Source: Syntrophothermus sp. (lineage in GTDB: Bacteria > Bacillota > UBA5301 > JAMCQP01). From it: a stretch of DNA of 64,000 nucleotides. Each line of letters starts with the position of its first letter. Position 1 is the first letter of the stretch. The notes under the pieces are model-generated. The model ran no database searches. It had not been told where the DNA came from and saw nothing but the letters and a program-made list of their open reading frames with translations. Shown here piece after piece: positions 49,843-60,096 of this stretch. The stretch lies in the NCBI GenBank assembly GCA_050260975.1, contig JBLNCV010000166.1, forward strand, positions 830 to 64,829, given 5' to 3'. The position numbers were made by a program, and so were the translations under genes.

Positions 49843-51756
49843 TCAATCAACCGCCTGGTTCACCAGGGATTCCCATTGCCCGTAAAGATAATCCCGCCGG
49901 TCGGTCAAGGATTTGTGCTCAACCAGTACTTCCTGCAATCTCTGGTTATTGGCATAAAGTTCCGGTGTGGACATCTCCTGTGCCAACCTGGCCAGCCTCT
50001 CCTCGATCTGGGCGATCTCCTGTTCCAGCGCGGCAATTGCTCGGCCCGGTCTACAACCCGGAGCAGCCTCCTGCTTTTCTGCCCGCTTGCCGGGAATCTT
50101 TCCGCCAACCATCTTGTTGCCAGCGGCCTTTTGGGATTCTTCCCGGTTTTGCATCCGCTCTTCCCGCATCGCTGAATAGTTTCCGGCGTATTGTTCCACT
50201 CTGCCGCCGTCAAGCACCAGCATCCGGTTGGCCAGCCGGTCTAGAAAGTATCGATCATGGGAGACCAGGATGCAGGTGCCGGAATAATCCGCCAGAGCCT
50301 CCTCCAGCGACCGGCGCGCTTCGATATCCAGGTGGTTGGTGGGCTCATCCAGAACCAAAAGATTGGGCTGGGCCGTTAAAAGCTTGGCCAGCATCAGCCG
50401 GTTACGTTCTCCGCCGCTTAAGACCCGGACCTCCTTGAAGACCTCCTCTCCCCGAAAGAGAAATCTGGCCAGAAGCGAACGTGCTTCTCCCAGGGGCAGG
50501 TTCTTCACGGTGAGCAATTCCTCCAAAACCGTGTTTTCCGGCTCAAGATCGTCAAGCGCCTGGCTGAAATAACCGGCGGTTACACCTTCCCCATAAGCGA
50601 TCTCGCCGGCGGAAGGCGCTTCTTTCCCCAGGATTACCCGCAGCAAGGTGGTCTTGCCGCTTCCATTCGGGCCTACGATACCCAGCCGGTCGCCCCGCTG
50701 GATCACCAGATCCAGTCCCGAAAAGATCTCCCGGCTCCCGTACGTTTTGGCCACGCCCCTTAAGGCAACCACCTCTTTGCTGCTCTTTTGCGCCGGGGTA
50801 AAGCTGAACCTGGCGGTAGGTCCTCCCGCCGTGGGCCGTTCTACCGGAACAAGCCTGTCCAACATCTTTTCGCGGCTTTTGGCCTGAGTGGATCTCGTCC
50901 CGGCCTTGAAACGCGCGATAAAAAACTCCATCCGCTGGATCTCTTCTTGCTGGCGTTGATACTCTTTCTCCTGTTGCTGGACCCGGACCGCCTTTTGCAC
51001 GGTATAAGCGGAATAGTTCCCCCGGTAAAGGGTGGCCCGTTGGCTATCGATCTCCACAATCCGGTTAACCACCTTATCCAGAAAAAACCGGTCGTGGGAA
51101 ACTACCACTACGGCCTTGTCAAAGGAGCGCAAGTAGTCTTCCAGCCATTCCGTGGCTTGCATGTCCAGGTGATTCGTAGGCTCATCCAACAAGAGCAGGT
51201 CCGGCTCCTCCAGAAGGAGCCTGGCCAGCCCGGCTCTGACCCGCTGGCCGCCGCTCAACGTGGCCAACGGCTGGTCAAATTCGGATTCCCCGAACCCCAG
51301 ACCGGTAAGAGTCATCCGAATCCGGGTCTGGTAGGTATAACCCCCGGCGCGTTCAAACTCGCCGGAAAGCCGTTCGTATTTCTCCATCACTCCGGCCAGC
51401 CGTTCCGGGGAGTTATAGATCTCCGGCCTGGCCATCTGTTCTTCTACTTCCCGGAGCCTGTCCGCCAAAACCCGCAGGGAAACAAAGGCCTCCGCGGCAT
51501 AGTCAAAGACAGACTGGCTGTCAGAGGCATCCACTTCCTGAGCCAGATAACCGATCCGTAAATTGCTCGCCCGGAAGAGCTCACCGCGATCTACGGGTTC
51601 TGTCCCAGCCAGCACCCGCAAAAAGGTGGTCTTGCCGGTCCCGTTTCGGCCGATCAGGCCGATCTTTTCGCCCGGCTGTATGGAAAAAGAAGCCTCGTCG
51701 ATCAGCACCCGGCTTCCATAGGCTAGCCGCACACCGTCAAGGTTGATGATCGTCAT
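49843..51756 (-). CDS. ABC-F family ATPase (Uup/EttA/YheS-like, no TM)
   Basis: Two ABC cassettes joined by a linker, C-terminal coiled coil, no membrane domain. Start probably at MTIINLDG. Confidence 0.8.
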   Translation of the reverse strand: MTIINLDGVRLAYGSRVLIDEASFSIQPGEKIGLIGRNGTGKTTFLRVLAGTEPVDRGELFRASNLRIGYLAQEVDASDSQSVFDYAAEAFVSLRVLADRLREVEEQMARPEIYNSPERLAGVMEKYERLSGEFERAGGYTYQTRIRMTLTGLGFGESEFDQPLATLSGGQRVRAGLARLLLEEPDLLLLDEPTNHLDMQATEWLEDYLRSFDKAVVVVSHDRFFLDKVVNRIVEIDSQRATLYRGNYSAYTVQKAVRVQQQEKEYQRQQEEIQRMEFFIARFKAGTRSTQAKSREKMLDRLVPVERPTAGGPTARFSFTPAQKSSKEVVALRGVAKTYGSREIFSGLDLVIQRGDRLGIVGPNGSGKTTLLRVILGKEAPSAGEIAYGEGVTAGYFSQALDDLEPENTVLEELLTVKNLPLGEARSLLARFLFRGEEVFKEVRVLSGGERNRLMLAKLLTAQPNLLVLDEPTNHLDIEARRSLEEALADYSGTCILVSHDRYFLDRLANRMLVLDGGRVEQYAGNYSAMREERMQNREESQKAAGNKMVGGKIPGKRAEKQEAAPGCRPGRAIAALEQEIAQIEERLARLAQEMSTPELYANNQRLQEVLVEHKSLTDRRDYLYGQWESLVNQAVD

Positions 51757-51805
51757 CGCCAAAGTCCTCAAATTTAAATACCCGATGTCCAAAATCTCAG
51801 GAAAC

Positions 51806-52363
51806 TTAAAAGATCCCCCATAAGGTTGCCACGCCGAAGATCACAAAGACCACCCCGGCGATACGTCTGATCATCCGGGGAGAAAGGAACCGGTTAAGCT
51901 GCCGGCCCACCGCCCCTCCCAGGAGGATAACCAGCCCCAACCCGGCCGCGGACCCCAGGCCGACTAATAAGGGATAGTTCGATTTGGCGGCCAGCAACAT
52001 GGTGGTCAGTTGCGTCTTGTCCCCCAGTTCGGCCAGAAAGAACGAAAAGAAGGCCACCCAAAAGGGAGATCCATTGTTTTTGATCTGCTCCTCTTTGCCG
52101 CTCTCTTTTTGCAAGAAGGTCCAGACACCAAAGACCAGAAACAGGAGGCCGGCGCCCCATTTGATCAGAAGCGGGGGCACAATATGGTAAAACAGATCCC
52201 CCACCGTTACGGCAATAATTACGAGAATGATCATTGCCGAAATCGCACCGGCCAGCACCGGCGCCAGGCGGTAGCGGGACGCCAGGGACAACACCAAAAG
52301 CTGCGTCTTGTCCCCAAGTTCGGCCAGCGCTACCAGAGATAACGCCGTAAGAAAGACATTCAT
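51806..52363 (-). CDS. UPF0016/GDT1-family (TMEM165-like) cation transporter
   Basis: Two copies of the E-x-G-D-K-T motif (ELGDKTQL twice) in a 6-TM protein. Confidence 0.8.
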   Translation of the reverse strand: MNVFLTALSLVALAELGDKTQLLVLSLASRYRLAPVLAGAISAMIILVIIAVTVGDLFYHIVPPLLIKWGAGLLFLVFGVWTFLQKESGKEEQIKNNGSPFWVAFFSFFLAELGDKTQLTTMLLAAKSNYPLLVGLGSAAGLGLVILLGGAVGRQLNRFLSPRMIRRIAGVVFVIFGVATLWGIF

Positions 52364-52416
52364 TTCACTTCTCCCACCTTATCGCCACACGACCAGCTTA
52401 TGCAGAACTGGCGGCC

Positions 52417-53280
52417 CTAATGCGCGGAGGGCTGGCGGGGTTTCCCCGCACGGACTTTTGTGGCCGCCTCCCAAAGTTGCCCCAATACCTCCTCCGGCGG
52501 GGAACACCCCCCCATTGATACCCCCCGATCGCCCACATGCCCGTGGTAGTCCGTGCCGCCCGTGGCAATCAGGCCGAGTTGCCGCGCCATCGCCAGGTAA
52601 TGTGCCTCCTGCTGGGGAGTATGGGACGGGTAAAAGACCTCTATGCCCATAATCCCTTCTTTCACCAGTCCGTAGATCGCCCCGTCGTCGTTCATCCGCC
52701 CGGGGTGAGCCAGGACGGGAACCCCGCCCGCCTGGCGGATGGCCCGGATGGCCTCCGCGGGGGTGATATAAAAGTGCTCCACGTAAGCCAGCCCGTCCTT
52801 GGCAAAGTATTTGAGAAACATCTCGCGGCTTTTGTCCTCCGGCACGTAACCCTTGGCGATCATCAAACGAAAAAGGTGCCCCCTCCCAATAAAACCTTCC
52901 GGAGAAGCCCCCTTGATTACCTCATCCCAGTCGAGTTTGATTGCATGATCACGCAACAAGTCGAACATCTGGCGCCCTCGCCGCACCCTTCCCTGGATGA
53001 GGCGGTGGGTGAGCGCTTGCAGCTCATCTGAAGCATAGTCAATGTAATAACCAAGGATATGTGCTTCCGCCTGGCGGATATCGGCGGAGATCTCGATCCC
53101 CGGTATCACCTGCACCCCGAACTCAACACCTGCCGCCTGGCCGGCCGCCTGCCCCGCCACGGTGTCATGATCGGTAATGGAGATCGCCAGAAGACCCATC
53201 CTCGCTGCTTCGGCCACCAGCTCCCGGGGTGTTTTGGCCCCGTCCGAAGCATTGCTGTGAACATGGAGATCTATGGCCAT
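52417..53280 (-). CDS. PHP-domain phosphoesterase (TrpH/YciV-like)
   Basis: N-terminal IDLHVHSNASDG and further His/Asp motifs of the PHP family. Confidence 0.75.
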   Translation of the reverse strand: MAIDLHVHSNASDGAKTPRELVAEAARMGLLAISITDHDTVAGQAAGQAAGVEFGVQVIPGIEISADIRQAEAHILGYYIDYASDELQALTHRLIQGRVRRGRQMFDLLRDHAIKLDWDEVIKGASPEGFIGRGHLFRLMIAKGYVPEDKSREMFLKYFAKDGLAYVEHFYITPAEAIRAIRQAGGVPVLAHPGRMNDDGAIYGLVKEGIMGIEVFYPSHTPQQEAHYLAMARQLGLIATGGTDYHGHVGDRGVSMGGCSPPEEVLGQLWEAATKVRAGKPRQPSAH

Positions 53281-53298
53281 AAGTTGCCCCGCATAAGA

Positions 53299-54567
53299 CT
53301 ATTCTTCAACCCGGATAATCTCCGCCCCGATCTTCCGGAGCTTCTCTTCAATCCGGTCGTAACCGCGGTCCAGATGATGAACCCCATGGACATGCGTCTC
53401 TCCTTTGGCCGCCAACCCCGCAAAGACCAGCGCCACTCCGGCCCGGATGTCGGGCGTCTCCACCGGGGCGCCGGTGAGTTCAGCCTGGCCCAGAATGATG
53501 GCGGTGGCGCCTTCAATGCGGATGTTGGCACCCATCCGGCGTAATTCATCCACATACGCGAAGCGGTCGTCAAAGACGGATTCACGGACGAGGCTCACGC
53601 CTTCCGCGGTGGTCATCAAGGCCACAAACGGCGCCTGATAGTCTGTGGCAAACCCCGGATAAGGCCGGGTCTCCACGTCCACGCTGTGCAATCGCCCGCA
53701 GCAGGAGATCTCCAGGGCCGTGGGGCTCTCGTGCACTTCCACACCAGCTTCCTGAAGTTTGATGGTCAGCGCCCTGACATGCTCCGAAACCACATTCTGG
53801 ACCTTGACCCGTCCTTTGGTGACAGCCGCGCCAATCATGTAGGTTCCGGCCTCCAACCGATCCGGAATCACTTCATGCCTGGTGCCGTGAAGTTCCTGGA
53901 CTCCTTCGACGGTAATCACGTCCGTGCCAGCCCCTTTGATCCTGGCGCCCATCTTGTTGAGCAGCATGGCCAGATCCACAATCTCGGGCTCCCGGGCGGC
54001 GTTTTCAAGGATGGTGATCCCGTCGGCCAGGCAAGCAGCCAGCATGAGGTTTACGGTGGTGCCGAAGCTGGCCCTGTTGACGTAAAATTTGGCGCCACAA
54101 AGCCTCCCGAATAGGTTCCCCACCCGGGCGACCATATAACCGTATTCGACATTCACATCGGCCCCCAACGCCTGAAACCCCTTGAGGTGGAAGTCCACCG
54201 GCCTGGTCCCAAACGGATCCCCACCTGGGAAGGGGACCTTGGCCTTTCCCAACCGCCCCAATAAAAGGCCGGCCACATAAAAAGAGGCTCGTAGCTTTCG
54301 TACAAGCTCATAAGGGGCCTGTTCGTTTTCCAGATTTGTGCCGTCCACAAGCAGAGAGCCGTTTTCCACTTCCTCCACCCGGACTCCGAGGGAACGCAGG
54401 ATGGCTATTTGTGCGGGAATGTCCGTATAGTTCGGTATGTTTTCAAGGATGGTTTCGCCTTTTCCCAGAGCAGCTCCTACCATTAAAGCCAGCGCGCTGT
54501 TTTTGGAGCCGGTAACGGAAATTTCCCCTTCCAGCCGTCGCCCGCCCTTCACAATCAGCTTTGCCAA
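53299..54567 (-). CDS. murA: UDP-N-acetylglucosamine 1-carboxyvinyltransferase
   Basis: [28 protein letters not shown]-terminus and full-length EPT-fold similarity. Confidence 0.9.
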   Translation of the reverse strand: MAKLIVKGGRRLEGEISVTGSKNSALALMVGAALGKGETILENIPNYTDIPAQIAILRSLGVRVEEVENGSLLVDGTNLENEQAPYELVRKLRASFYVAGLLLGRLGKAKVPFPGGDPFGTRPVDFHLKGFQALGADVNVEYGYMVARVGNLFGRLCGAKFYVNRASFGTTVNLMLAACLADGITILENAAREPEIVDLAMLLNKMGARIKGAGTDVITVEGVQELHGTRHEVIPDRLEAGTYMIGAAVTKGRVKVQNVVSEHVRALTIKLQEAGVEVHESPTALEISCCGRLHSVDVETRPYPGFATDYQAPFVALMTTAEGVSLVRESVFDDRFAYVDELRRMGANIRIEGATAIILGQAELTGAPVETPDIRAGVALVFAGLAAKGETHVHGVHHLDRGYDRIEEKLRKIGAEIIRVEE

Positions 54568-54585
54568 CAGATCCCGACCTCCCGC

Positions 54586-54999
54586 CTATCCCCGGTTGTC
54601 AAATAACCGTCTTTCCGCATAATCATCGGCTTTCAGCGGTTCCCGCCAAAGCCTTTTCCACGCGCCCACCGCCTGGAACACACTGTAAGTCCACCAAAAA
54701 GCCAAGAAAATCCCGACAAAAGCGTACCGTAAAAATACCTGGTTTAAACGCCAGACATGGAAGGTCGTCCCGCCAAACGCCACGATTGCCGTGGCAAAGT
54801 AATTGGCGTAGAGCAAGCGCGCCCAGATGACGCCCGCCAGGGTCAACACCAGACTCAAAACCGTCCTGCGAACCACCATGCGCCGTATCTGCGCTGGTCT
54901 GCGCAGCCATGCATCAAACAAAGAGATCCCTCCCAATGGCAATTTCGTCCGGCCGGTGCTATTTTTTTCGTCGCAGGCGCCCATAACCTGACCGTACAA
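54586..54999 (-). CDS. Small membrane protein (possibly DUF1146/YwzB-like)
   Basis: Two or three TM helices. Its position next to murA mirrors ywzB in Bacillus. The real start is probably an internal Met (MVVRRTVLSL...). Confidence 0.35.
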   Translation of the reverse strand: MYGQVMGACDEKNSTGRTKLPLGGISLFDAWLRRPAQIRRMVVRRTVLSLVLTLAGVIWARLLYANYFATAIVAFGGTTFHVWRLNQVFLRYAFVGIFLAFWWTYSVFQAVGAWKRLWREPLKADDYAERRLFDNRG

Positions 55000-55941
55000 T
55001 CAATTAAAAAGCTCGCTCACCGACCCTTCGTCGTGAACCCTGGTGATTGCGGCCGCCACAAGGGGTGCGATGGAGAGTACCTTGATCTTCTCAAGTTTTT
55101 TATCCGGGGGTATAGGGATTGTATCGGTAACCACAACCTCCTTGATCGCCGGATGGCTTAAACGTTCCGCCACCTTCCCCGAAAAGACCGCGTGCGTGGC
55201 GCAGACATGAATCTCCGGCCTCGCGCCTTGATCAATGAGCGCCTTGACCCCTTCAACCAGCGTTCCCCCCGTGTCGATCATATCCTCAATAATAATGGGA
55301 ATCCGATCCTCCACATCGCCGATCACATGCGTCACTTCCGCTACATTATGCGCACGCCGCCGTTTGTACATCCCAACCAGAGGCAGATCCAGACGCGAAG
55401 CCAGCTTCTCCGCGGTCTTGGTCCCACCCGCATCCAGAGCCACCACCACTCCGTCCTTGAGCCCCTTGGCCCTGTAGTGCGCCGCTAAGATTGGCAAAGC
55501 CGTCAGGTGGTCCACCGGGATGTTGAAGAAGCCCTGGATCGCCGGGGCATGCAGATCCACGGTGATCACCCGGCTGACCCCCACGGTGGTGAGCAGATCC
55601 GCCACCATCCTGGCGGAAATGGGCTCCCGCGGAGCGACCTTCTTCTCCTGCCGCGCGTATCCATAGTGCGGTATCACGGCGTTGATGCGCCACGCCGAGG
55701 CTCGTTTCAGCGCGTCGACCATAATCATCAATTCCATAAGATTTTCGTTCACCGGCGGGGAAATGGTCTGCACCACAAAGACGTCGCACCCGCGCACCGT
55801 CTCTTCAAACCGCACATAAATCTCCCCCGACGCAAACCGCTCGATCCTCACCGCCCCAAGAGAGCTTCCCAATTCCTTTGCCACGCTATTTCCCAGCCCC
55901 GGGAAGGATGTCCCGGCGAAGATCTTCATCTCGCACTGCAT
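55000..55941 (-). CDS. prs: Ribose-phosphate pyrophosphokinase
   Basis: PRPP synthetase motifs (DLHA..QGFF, GGTKTAEKLA). Start at ATG 55941 with AGGAG upstream. Confidence 0.9.
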   Translation of the reverse strand: MQCEMKIFAGTSFPGLGNSVAKELGSSLGAVRIERFASGEIYVRFEETVRGCDVFVVQTISPPVNENLMELMIMVDALKRASAWRINAVIPHYGYARQEKKVAPREPISARMVADLLTTVGVSRVITVDLHAPAIQGFFNIPVDHLTALPILAAHYRAKGLKDGVVVALDAGGTKTAEKLASRLDLPLVGMYKRRRAHNVAEVTHVIGDVEDRIPIIIEDMIDTGGTLVEGVKALIDQGARPEIHVCATHAVFSGKVAERLSHPAIKEVVVTDTIPIPPDKKLEKIKVLSIAPLVAAAITRVHDEGSVSELFN

Positions 55942-56058
55942 TAACTCCTGGCCCCCCAAAAGAATCTTCTTTATCAAAAGCGAAAGGGCCGGCCTCAAAA
56001 AACCAGGCCTGCCTTCGGCCATCCAGTACAGTATTCTGCATGCAAGTACAAATTCCTG

Positions 56059-56667
56059 TCAAAGTCCTTCTTTAATCTTTTTCAGCCGGTGAACGCAATC
56101 CACCGCCACGCCCACCAGAGCCTCGGTATCCAAATATTCATTCGCGGCCGCATCAAACAGGATCGTCCCCGAGGGCGGAAACTCTTCGTCTCCCGCCCAG
56201 AGGATCAGGGTTAACGGGAGCCGGGGAAACACCGGAATGGTCGTTGCCACGTCACCCTTATCAAACTTTTCGCCGCCAATTGTCCGGGCAGCCTCAAGCA
56301 AAAGATGCGGCCTGGCGCCGAAAGCCCTGGCCAGCATCGCCACCGGCCCGCGGTTAAAGGCATCAAGGTAGGTATAGCCTCCCCACAATTCCTTGAAGGA
56401 GATCCACCGCCCGGCCAACGGCTTGCCGCTTGCCGTGGCGAGGTAGAGATAAAGAAGAATCTGATCATCCAGCGACACCGGCCCCGTGCCCCCTGCTTTT
56501 TCAACCCGGCCGGAAGGAAAGTGCACCAGGTATTTTTCGTCAAGGTAGGGGACAAGAAAATACTCTTCCTCCTGGTTAAAAGCTACACCCGCCCGACGGG
56601 CCATCTCACCGGGGATCCCTGCACGCATCTTCTTCCTGGCGAACTCGCACGCCGCCTCGTAGGCCAT
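56059..56667 (-). CDS. Uncharacterized protein, paralog A of a tandem pair (possibly DUF3786-like)
   Basis: About 200 aa with a shared ISFKELWGG / GDEEFPPSGTILFD core, about 60% identical to the adjacent gene. Confidence 0.5.
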   Translation of the reverse strand: MAYEAACEFARKKMRAGIPGEMARRAGVAFNQEEEYFLVPYLDEKYLVHFPSGRVEKAGGTGPVSLDDQILLYLYLATASGKPLAGRWISFKELWGGYTYLDAFNRGPVAMLARAFGARPHLLLEAARTIGGEKFDKGDVATTIPVFPRLPLTLILWAGDEEFPPSGTILFDAAANEYLDTEALVGVAVDCVHRLKKIKEGL

Positions 56668-56731
56668 CCATCCCCACTCCTCCCCAAGAATGCGTCTTAC
56701 GATCACCCCACATATTCCGTTGTTACTATAT

Positions 56732-57376
56732 TCAGGAGCCGGCCTTGATCTTCATCAACCGGTAGACACAAGCTGCAGTGATGTAAACCAGATCCTCGGT
56801 GGGGAGATATTCATTGGCGGTGGCATCGAACAAGATTGTCCCGGAAGGCGGAAATTCCTCGTCTCCTCCCCAGATCACCAGAGTCACCGGCACCCGGGGC
56901 AACACGGTGATGGTCGCCGCCACATCACCCTGACCGGCCTCCTTGCCGCCGAGTAACCCGGCGGCCTCCAGAAGCAGAGACGGGCTGGCACCGAAAGCCT
57001 TCAGCATTGGCGCCAGCGCCCGGCGGTTGAAGGGGTCAATATAGATCTGTCCACCCCATAGTTCCTTGAAGGAGATCTGTCTCCCGCCCAGAGGCGTACC
57101 GCTTGCGGTGGTCAGGTAGTGGAGCAGGGGAATCTGCTCCGCCGGCGGCACCGGCCCTGTGCCATCTGCTTTTTCAACCGCGCCGGAAGGAAAATAGACC
57201 CGGTACTCTTCCCCGAGGTAAGGAACCATAAAGAAGCCCTCTTCCTGATCCGGACTTGCATCCGGGCGGAAGATCCCGTCACGGTTAAAGATCACCCCGG
57301 CCCGCCGGGCCATCTCCTCGGGTATGCCCTCGCCAAGGCTTTTCCTGGCCAGTTCGAGCGCTGCGTCGTAGCCCAT
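56732..57376 (-). CDS. Uncharacterized protein, paralog B of a tandem pair (possibly DUF3786-like)
   Basis: Same architecture and motifs as paralog A. Confidence 0.5.
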   Translation of the reverse strand: MGYDAALELARKSLGEGIPEEMARRAGVIFNRDGIFRPDASPDQEEGFFMVPYLGEEYRVYFPSGAVEKADGTGPVPPAEQIPLLHYLTTASGTPLGGRQISFKELWGGQIYIDPFNRRALAPMLKAFGASPSLLLEAAGLLGGKEAGQGDVAATITVLPRVPVTLVIWGGDEEFPPSGTILFDATANEYLPTEDLVYITAACVYRLMKIKAGS

Positions 57377-57392
57377 CTACCCCCACTCCTCG

Positions 57393-58235
57393 TCACTTGC
57401 GAGATTCGAATATCTTGTCGGATAAGCCCACATTGACCCGATAGTTATTGTAGGAGACGGTAAAGTAAAGTTTGACAGCCTCCGTACCCCCGAGTGTAGC
57501 TCCAGGGTTGGTCCCCCCGCCTGCTCCTCCCGGGAGGTTCGATGCGCCAGGAGTGGAGCTGCCGCCCTTTACGGAGGGCGGCTGGCGAAACCCACGCATC
57601 TGCCCCTCGCCCCTGATCAGGGAGGGCAGCCAGAACCCCTCTACTTGCGTGTAGGAAAAGAAAACCTCCATCTCCCCGCCAACCGGATCTTGCATGAGGG
57701 CGCGGGTAATCAGCCACCGGTCGGGGTCGACCGCCAGGCGCATCATTCCCTCATGCTTGCCGCGCCTGCCGGAAGGAGCCTGGCCGGGAGTGATCAAGAT
57801 CAGATATTCATCCGCACCCGGGCCAGGCCCCTGTGCATCTGTCGTTTCATCCTCCAGCCGCTCGATCACCGCCCCTACAGCCAAAAGACGCCTGACATCC
57901 GGCACCACCAGATTGCCCGCGGGAACCAGGGCCAACCGGTCCGATTCCACATGAACCTTGTCGGGGCTCTTAAAGTACACCCTTAGTTTCATCTTCGGCC
58001 ATTTAATTCCCGGCGCCTTGACCTCCACCTGGGAGTCCGCAACAAAGTCCTGCAATCCCGCCTGTCCAGCGGCGACCCGCTCCAGGATCTCCCGGCCGGA
58101 TAAGACCTCCTGTGCGAAAAGATCAGGGGAATCCCCCCAGAATTGCCAGCCCAGGGAGATAGCCAGTGCCGCCACCATCGTCGTAATTGCCAGGGCAACC
58201 TTGAACTTTGAACCAATCAGGCGATCTCGCCTCAT
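57393..58235 (-). CDS. Membrane-anchored LolA-like / DUF4367-like periplasmic protein
   Basis: N-terminal TM (KFKVALAITTMVAALAISLG), a beta-rich body, and a C-terminal Gly/Ser/Pro-rich tail. Typical partner of ABC-2 exporters in Firmicutes. Confidence 0.45.
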   Translation of the reverse strand: MRRDRLIGSKFKVALAITTMVAALAISLGWQFWGDSPDLFAQEVLSGREILERVAAGQAGLQDFVADSQVEVKAPGIKWPKMKLRVYFKSPDKVHVESDRLALVPAGNLVVPDVRRLLAVGAVIERLEDETTDAQGPGPGADEYLILITPGQAPSGRRGKHEGMMRLAVDPDRWLITRALMQDPVGGEMEVFFSYTQVEGFWLPSLIRGEGQMRGFRQPPSVKGGSSTPGASNLPGGAGGGTNPGATLGGTEAVKLYFTVSYNNYRVNVGLSDKIFESRK

Positions 58236-58294
58236 AAATACTCCCCCCAAATTACCGGCTCCGGCCGGCCAGGTTGCGGATCTCCGGCAGTCCG

Positions 58295-59146
58295 TCAAGA
58301 GAGGATGTCCCGGCGGTTAAAGACCGCCAGCCCCGCCGCCAGAAACAAAAAGGTATGGAGGCCCAGGTATTCCGCCGAGCGCCAGACCTCTTTCCAGGGA
58401 ACCTCCGCCATAAATAACGACTTCCAGAGGTCGAAATGGCTGGTGAAAAGGTATGGCCTGATCCCGTCAAAGGTGGGGAAAAGCGCCATGATCTTTAAGA
58501 GGAGCATGAGCACTAAAGGAGTGATTATCGCGCCGTTGGCGTTGTCTATGCCGCCGGAGATGGCAAAGGCCAGCGCCGCCATGGTCAGCATCGCCCATGC
58601 GGCCAGGGCATAAGCGCCGATCAGCCGCATGATCCCCTCTTCCACGGGAAAGAGGTTTATCCACTGGTTGATGAGCAAGAAGGGGCCGGGAACCATCAAG
58701 TCGCCGATTCCGAAGACCAGAGCGCCCAAAAGAAAGCTGGCCAACCCCAGCGCGACCATAATTAATACAGTATAGGTACCGGCCAGGGCGAATTTGGCAA
58801 AGTAGATCCTAGCCCTTTTCACCGGCCGGACCAGCACCATCTTCAAGGTGCCCTCGGCGGCTTCTCCGGCCAGAAGATCCCCGGCAACCAGCACCACGAT
58901 GGCCGGGATAAAGAGTTCCATGGTCGGGCCGCTGAGAACCATCATCGCCACAAAGAGGGCGTTCACCGCCGAACCTACCATGGTGAAAAAGGCGGATACA
59001 CCATTGTGTTCCAGAAATGTGGAGACATCCATGTAGTGAAAGGCAATGGTGAACAGAATACTGATCGCTCCCACCGCTACAAACCCAAGATAGGTGCGGG
59101 GCCGCCGGAAGGTCTTGGCAAACTCCAGACGATAATTTTCAAGCAC
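58295..59146 (-). CDS. ABC-2 family transporter permease
   Basis: 283 aa, 6 TM, ABC-2 topology. Confidence 0.7.
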   Translation of the reverse strand: MLENYRLEFAKTFRRPRTYLGFVAVGAISILFTIAFHYMDVSTFLEHNGVSAFFTMVGSAVNALFVAMMVLSGPTMELFIPAIVVLVAGDLLAGEAAEGTLKMVLVRPVKRARIYFAKFALAGTYTVLIMVALGLASFLLGALVFGIGDLMVPGPFLLINQWINLFPVEEGIMRLIGAYALAAWAMLTMAALAFAISGGIDNANGAIITPLVLMLLLKIMALFPTFDGIRPYLFTSHFDLWKSLFMAEVPWKEVWRSAEYLGLHTFLFLAAGLAVFNRRDILS

Positions 59147-60068
59147 CCTTCACACCCCCCGTGATGTCAAGAAAATATTCTTCCAACGTACCCCTCTCCG
59201 GGCTTACCTCACAAACCGACAACCCTCCGGCGACACAGGCGGCCACCACCCGGGGGACATCGGTTCCCGCCAGCCTGAGCCGCAAGTACTTGCCGTCCTC
59301 CTCAATCTCCGTCACCCCGGCTACGGTAGCCAAAAATTTTTTGGCTTCGCCGGGCGGCTCCAATCGCAAGCGCACCAAATTCGGATCGGGATTCAAAAGT
59401 TCTTCCACCCGCCCTGTGGCAACCGTTCTCCCGTGATCCACAATGGCCACCCGGTTGCAAAGTTGCTCCACCTCGTGCAGGAGATGGCTCGACAGGAAGA
59501 TGGTAATCGCCCGGGTTTTGGCCAGATGCGCCACCAGATCCCGGATCTCCTTCATCCCCCGTGGATCCAGGCCATTGGTCGGCTCATCGAGAATCACCAG
59601 TTCGGGAGCCGGCAGGAGCGCCTGGGCGATCCCCAGCCTCTGCCGCATTCCATGCGAGTAGGTCTTGACCCTGTCCCCGGCCCGTCCCTTAAGCCCCACC
59701 AGCTCCAAAACCTCCTCGATTCGCTGGTCGCTCGCCCCGCCCGCGAGGCGGGCGAAGATCCGCAAGTTTTCCCGGCCGGAAAGATGCTTATAGAAACAGG
59801 GAGTCTCCACCACGGCCCCCACCCTTTGCAAGGCCTGCCGGTGGTGGGTGGATACGTTATAGCCCAAGAGCTCCGCCGTGCCGCTGGTGGGTTTAATCAG
59901 TCCGAGAAGCATCCGGATGGTGGTCGTCTTTCCAGCTCCATTGGGGCCGAGGAACCCAAACACCTCGCCCCGGACAACTTCCAGGTCCAACCCGTCCACC
60001 GCTCTCCGGCCTTTGAATACTTTGGTCAATCCCTTCGCCCGCACAACCACATCCGGTTGATCGTCCAT
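59139..60068 (-). CDS. ABC transporter ATP-binding protein (ABC-2 type exporter ATPase)
   Basis: Walker A GPNGAGKTT, LSGGQ-like signature HGMRQRLGIAQAL, Walker B LVILDEPTNGLD. Start at MDDQPDVVV; the 70-aa N-terminal extension in the ORF track is rejected. Confidence 0.85.
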   Translation of the reverse strand: MDDQPDVVVRAKGLTKVFKGRRAVDGLDLEVVRGEVFGFLGPNGAGKTTTIRMLLGLIKPTSGTAELLGYNVSTHHRQALQRVGAVVETPCFYKHLSGRENLRIFARLAGGASDQRIEEVLELVGLKGRAGDRVKTYSHGMRQRLGIAQALLPAPELVILDEPTNGLDPRGMKEIRDLVAHLAKTRAITIFLSSHLLHEVEQLCNRVAIVDHGRTVATGRVEELLNPDPNLVRLRLEPPGEAKKFLATVAGVTEIEEDGKYLRLRLAGTDVPRVVAACVAGGLSVCEVSPERGTLEEYFLDITGGVKGA

Positions 60069-60096
60069 CGTTCTTCCTCCCGCGACCTTGTCGACT

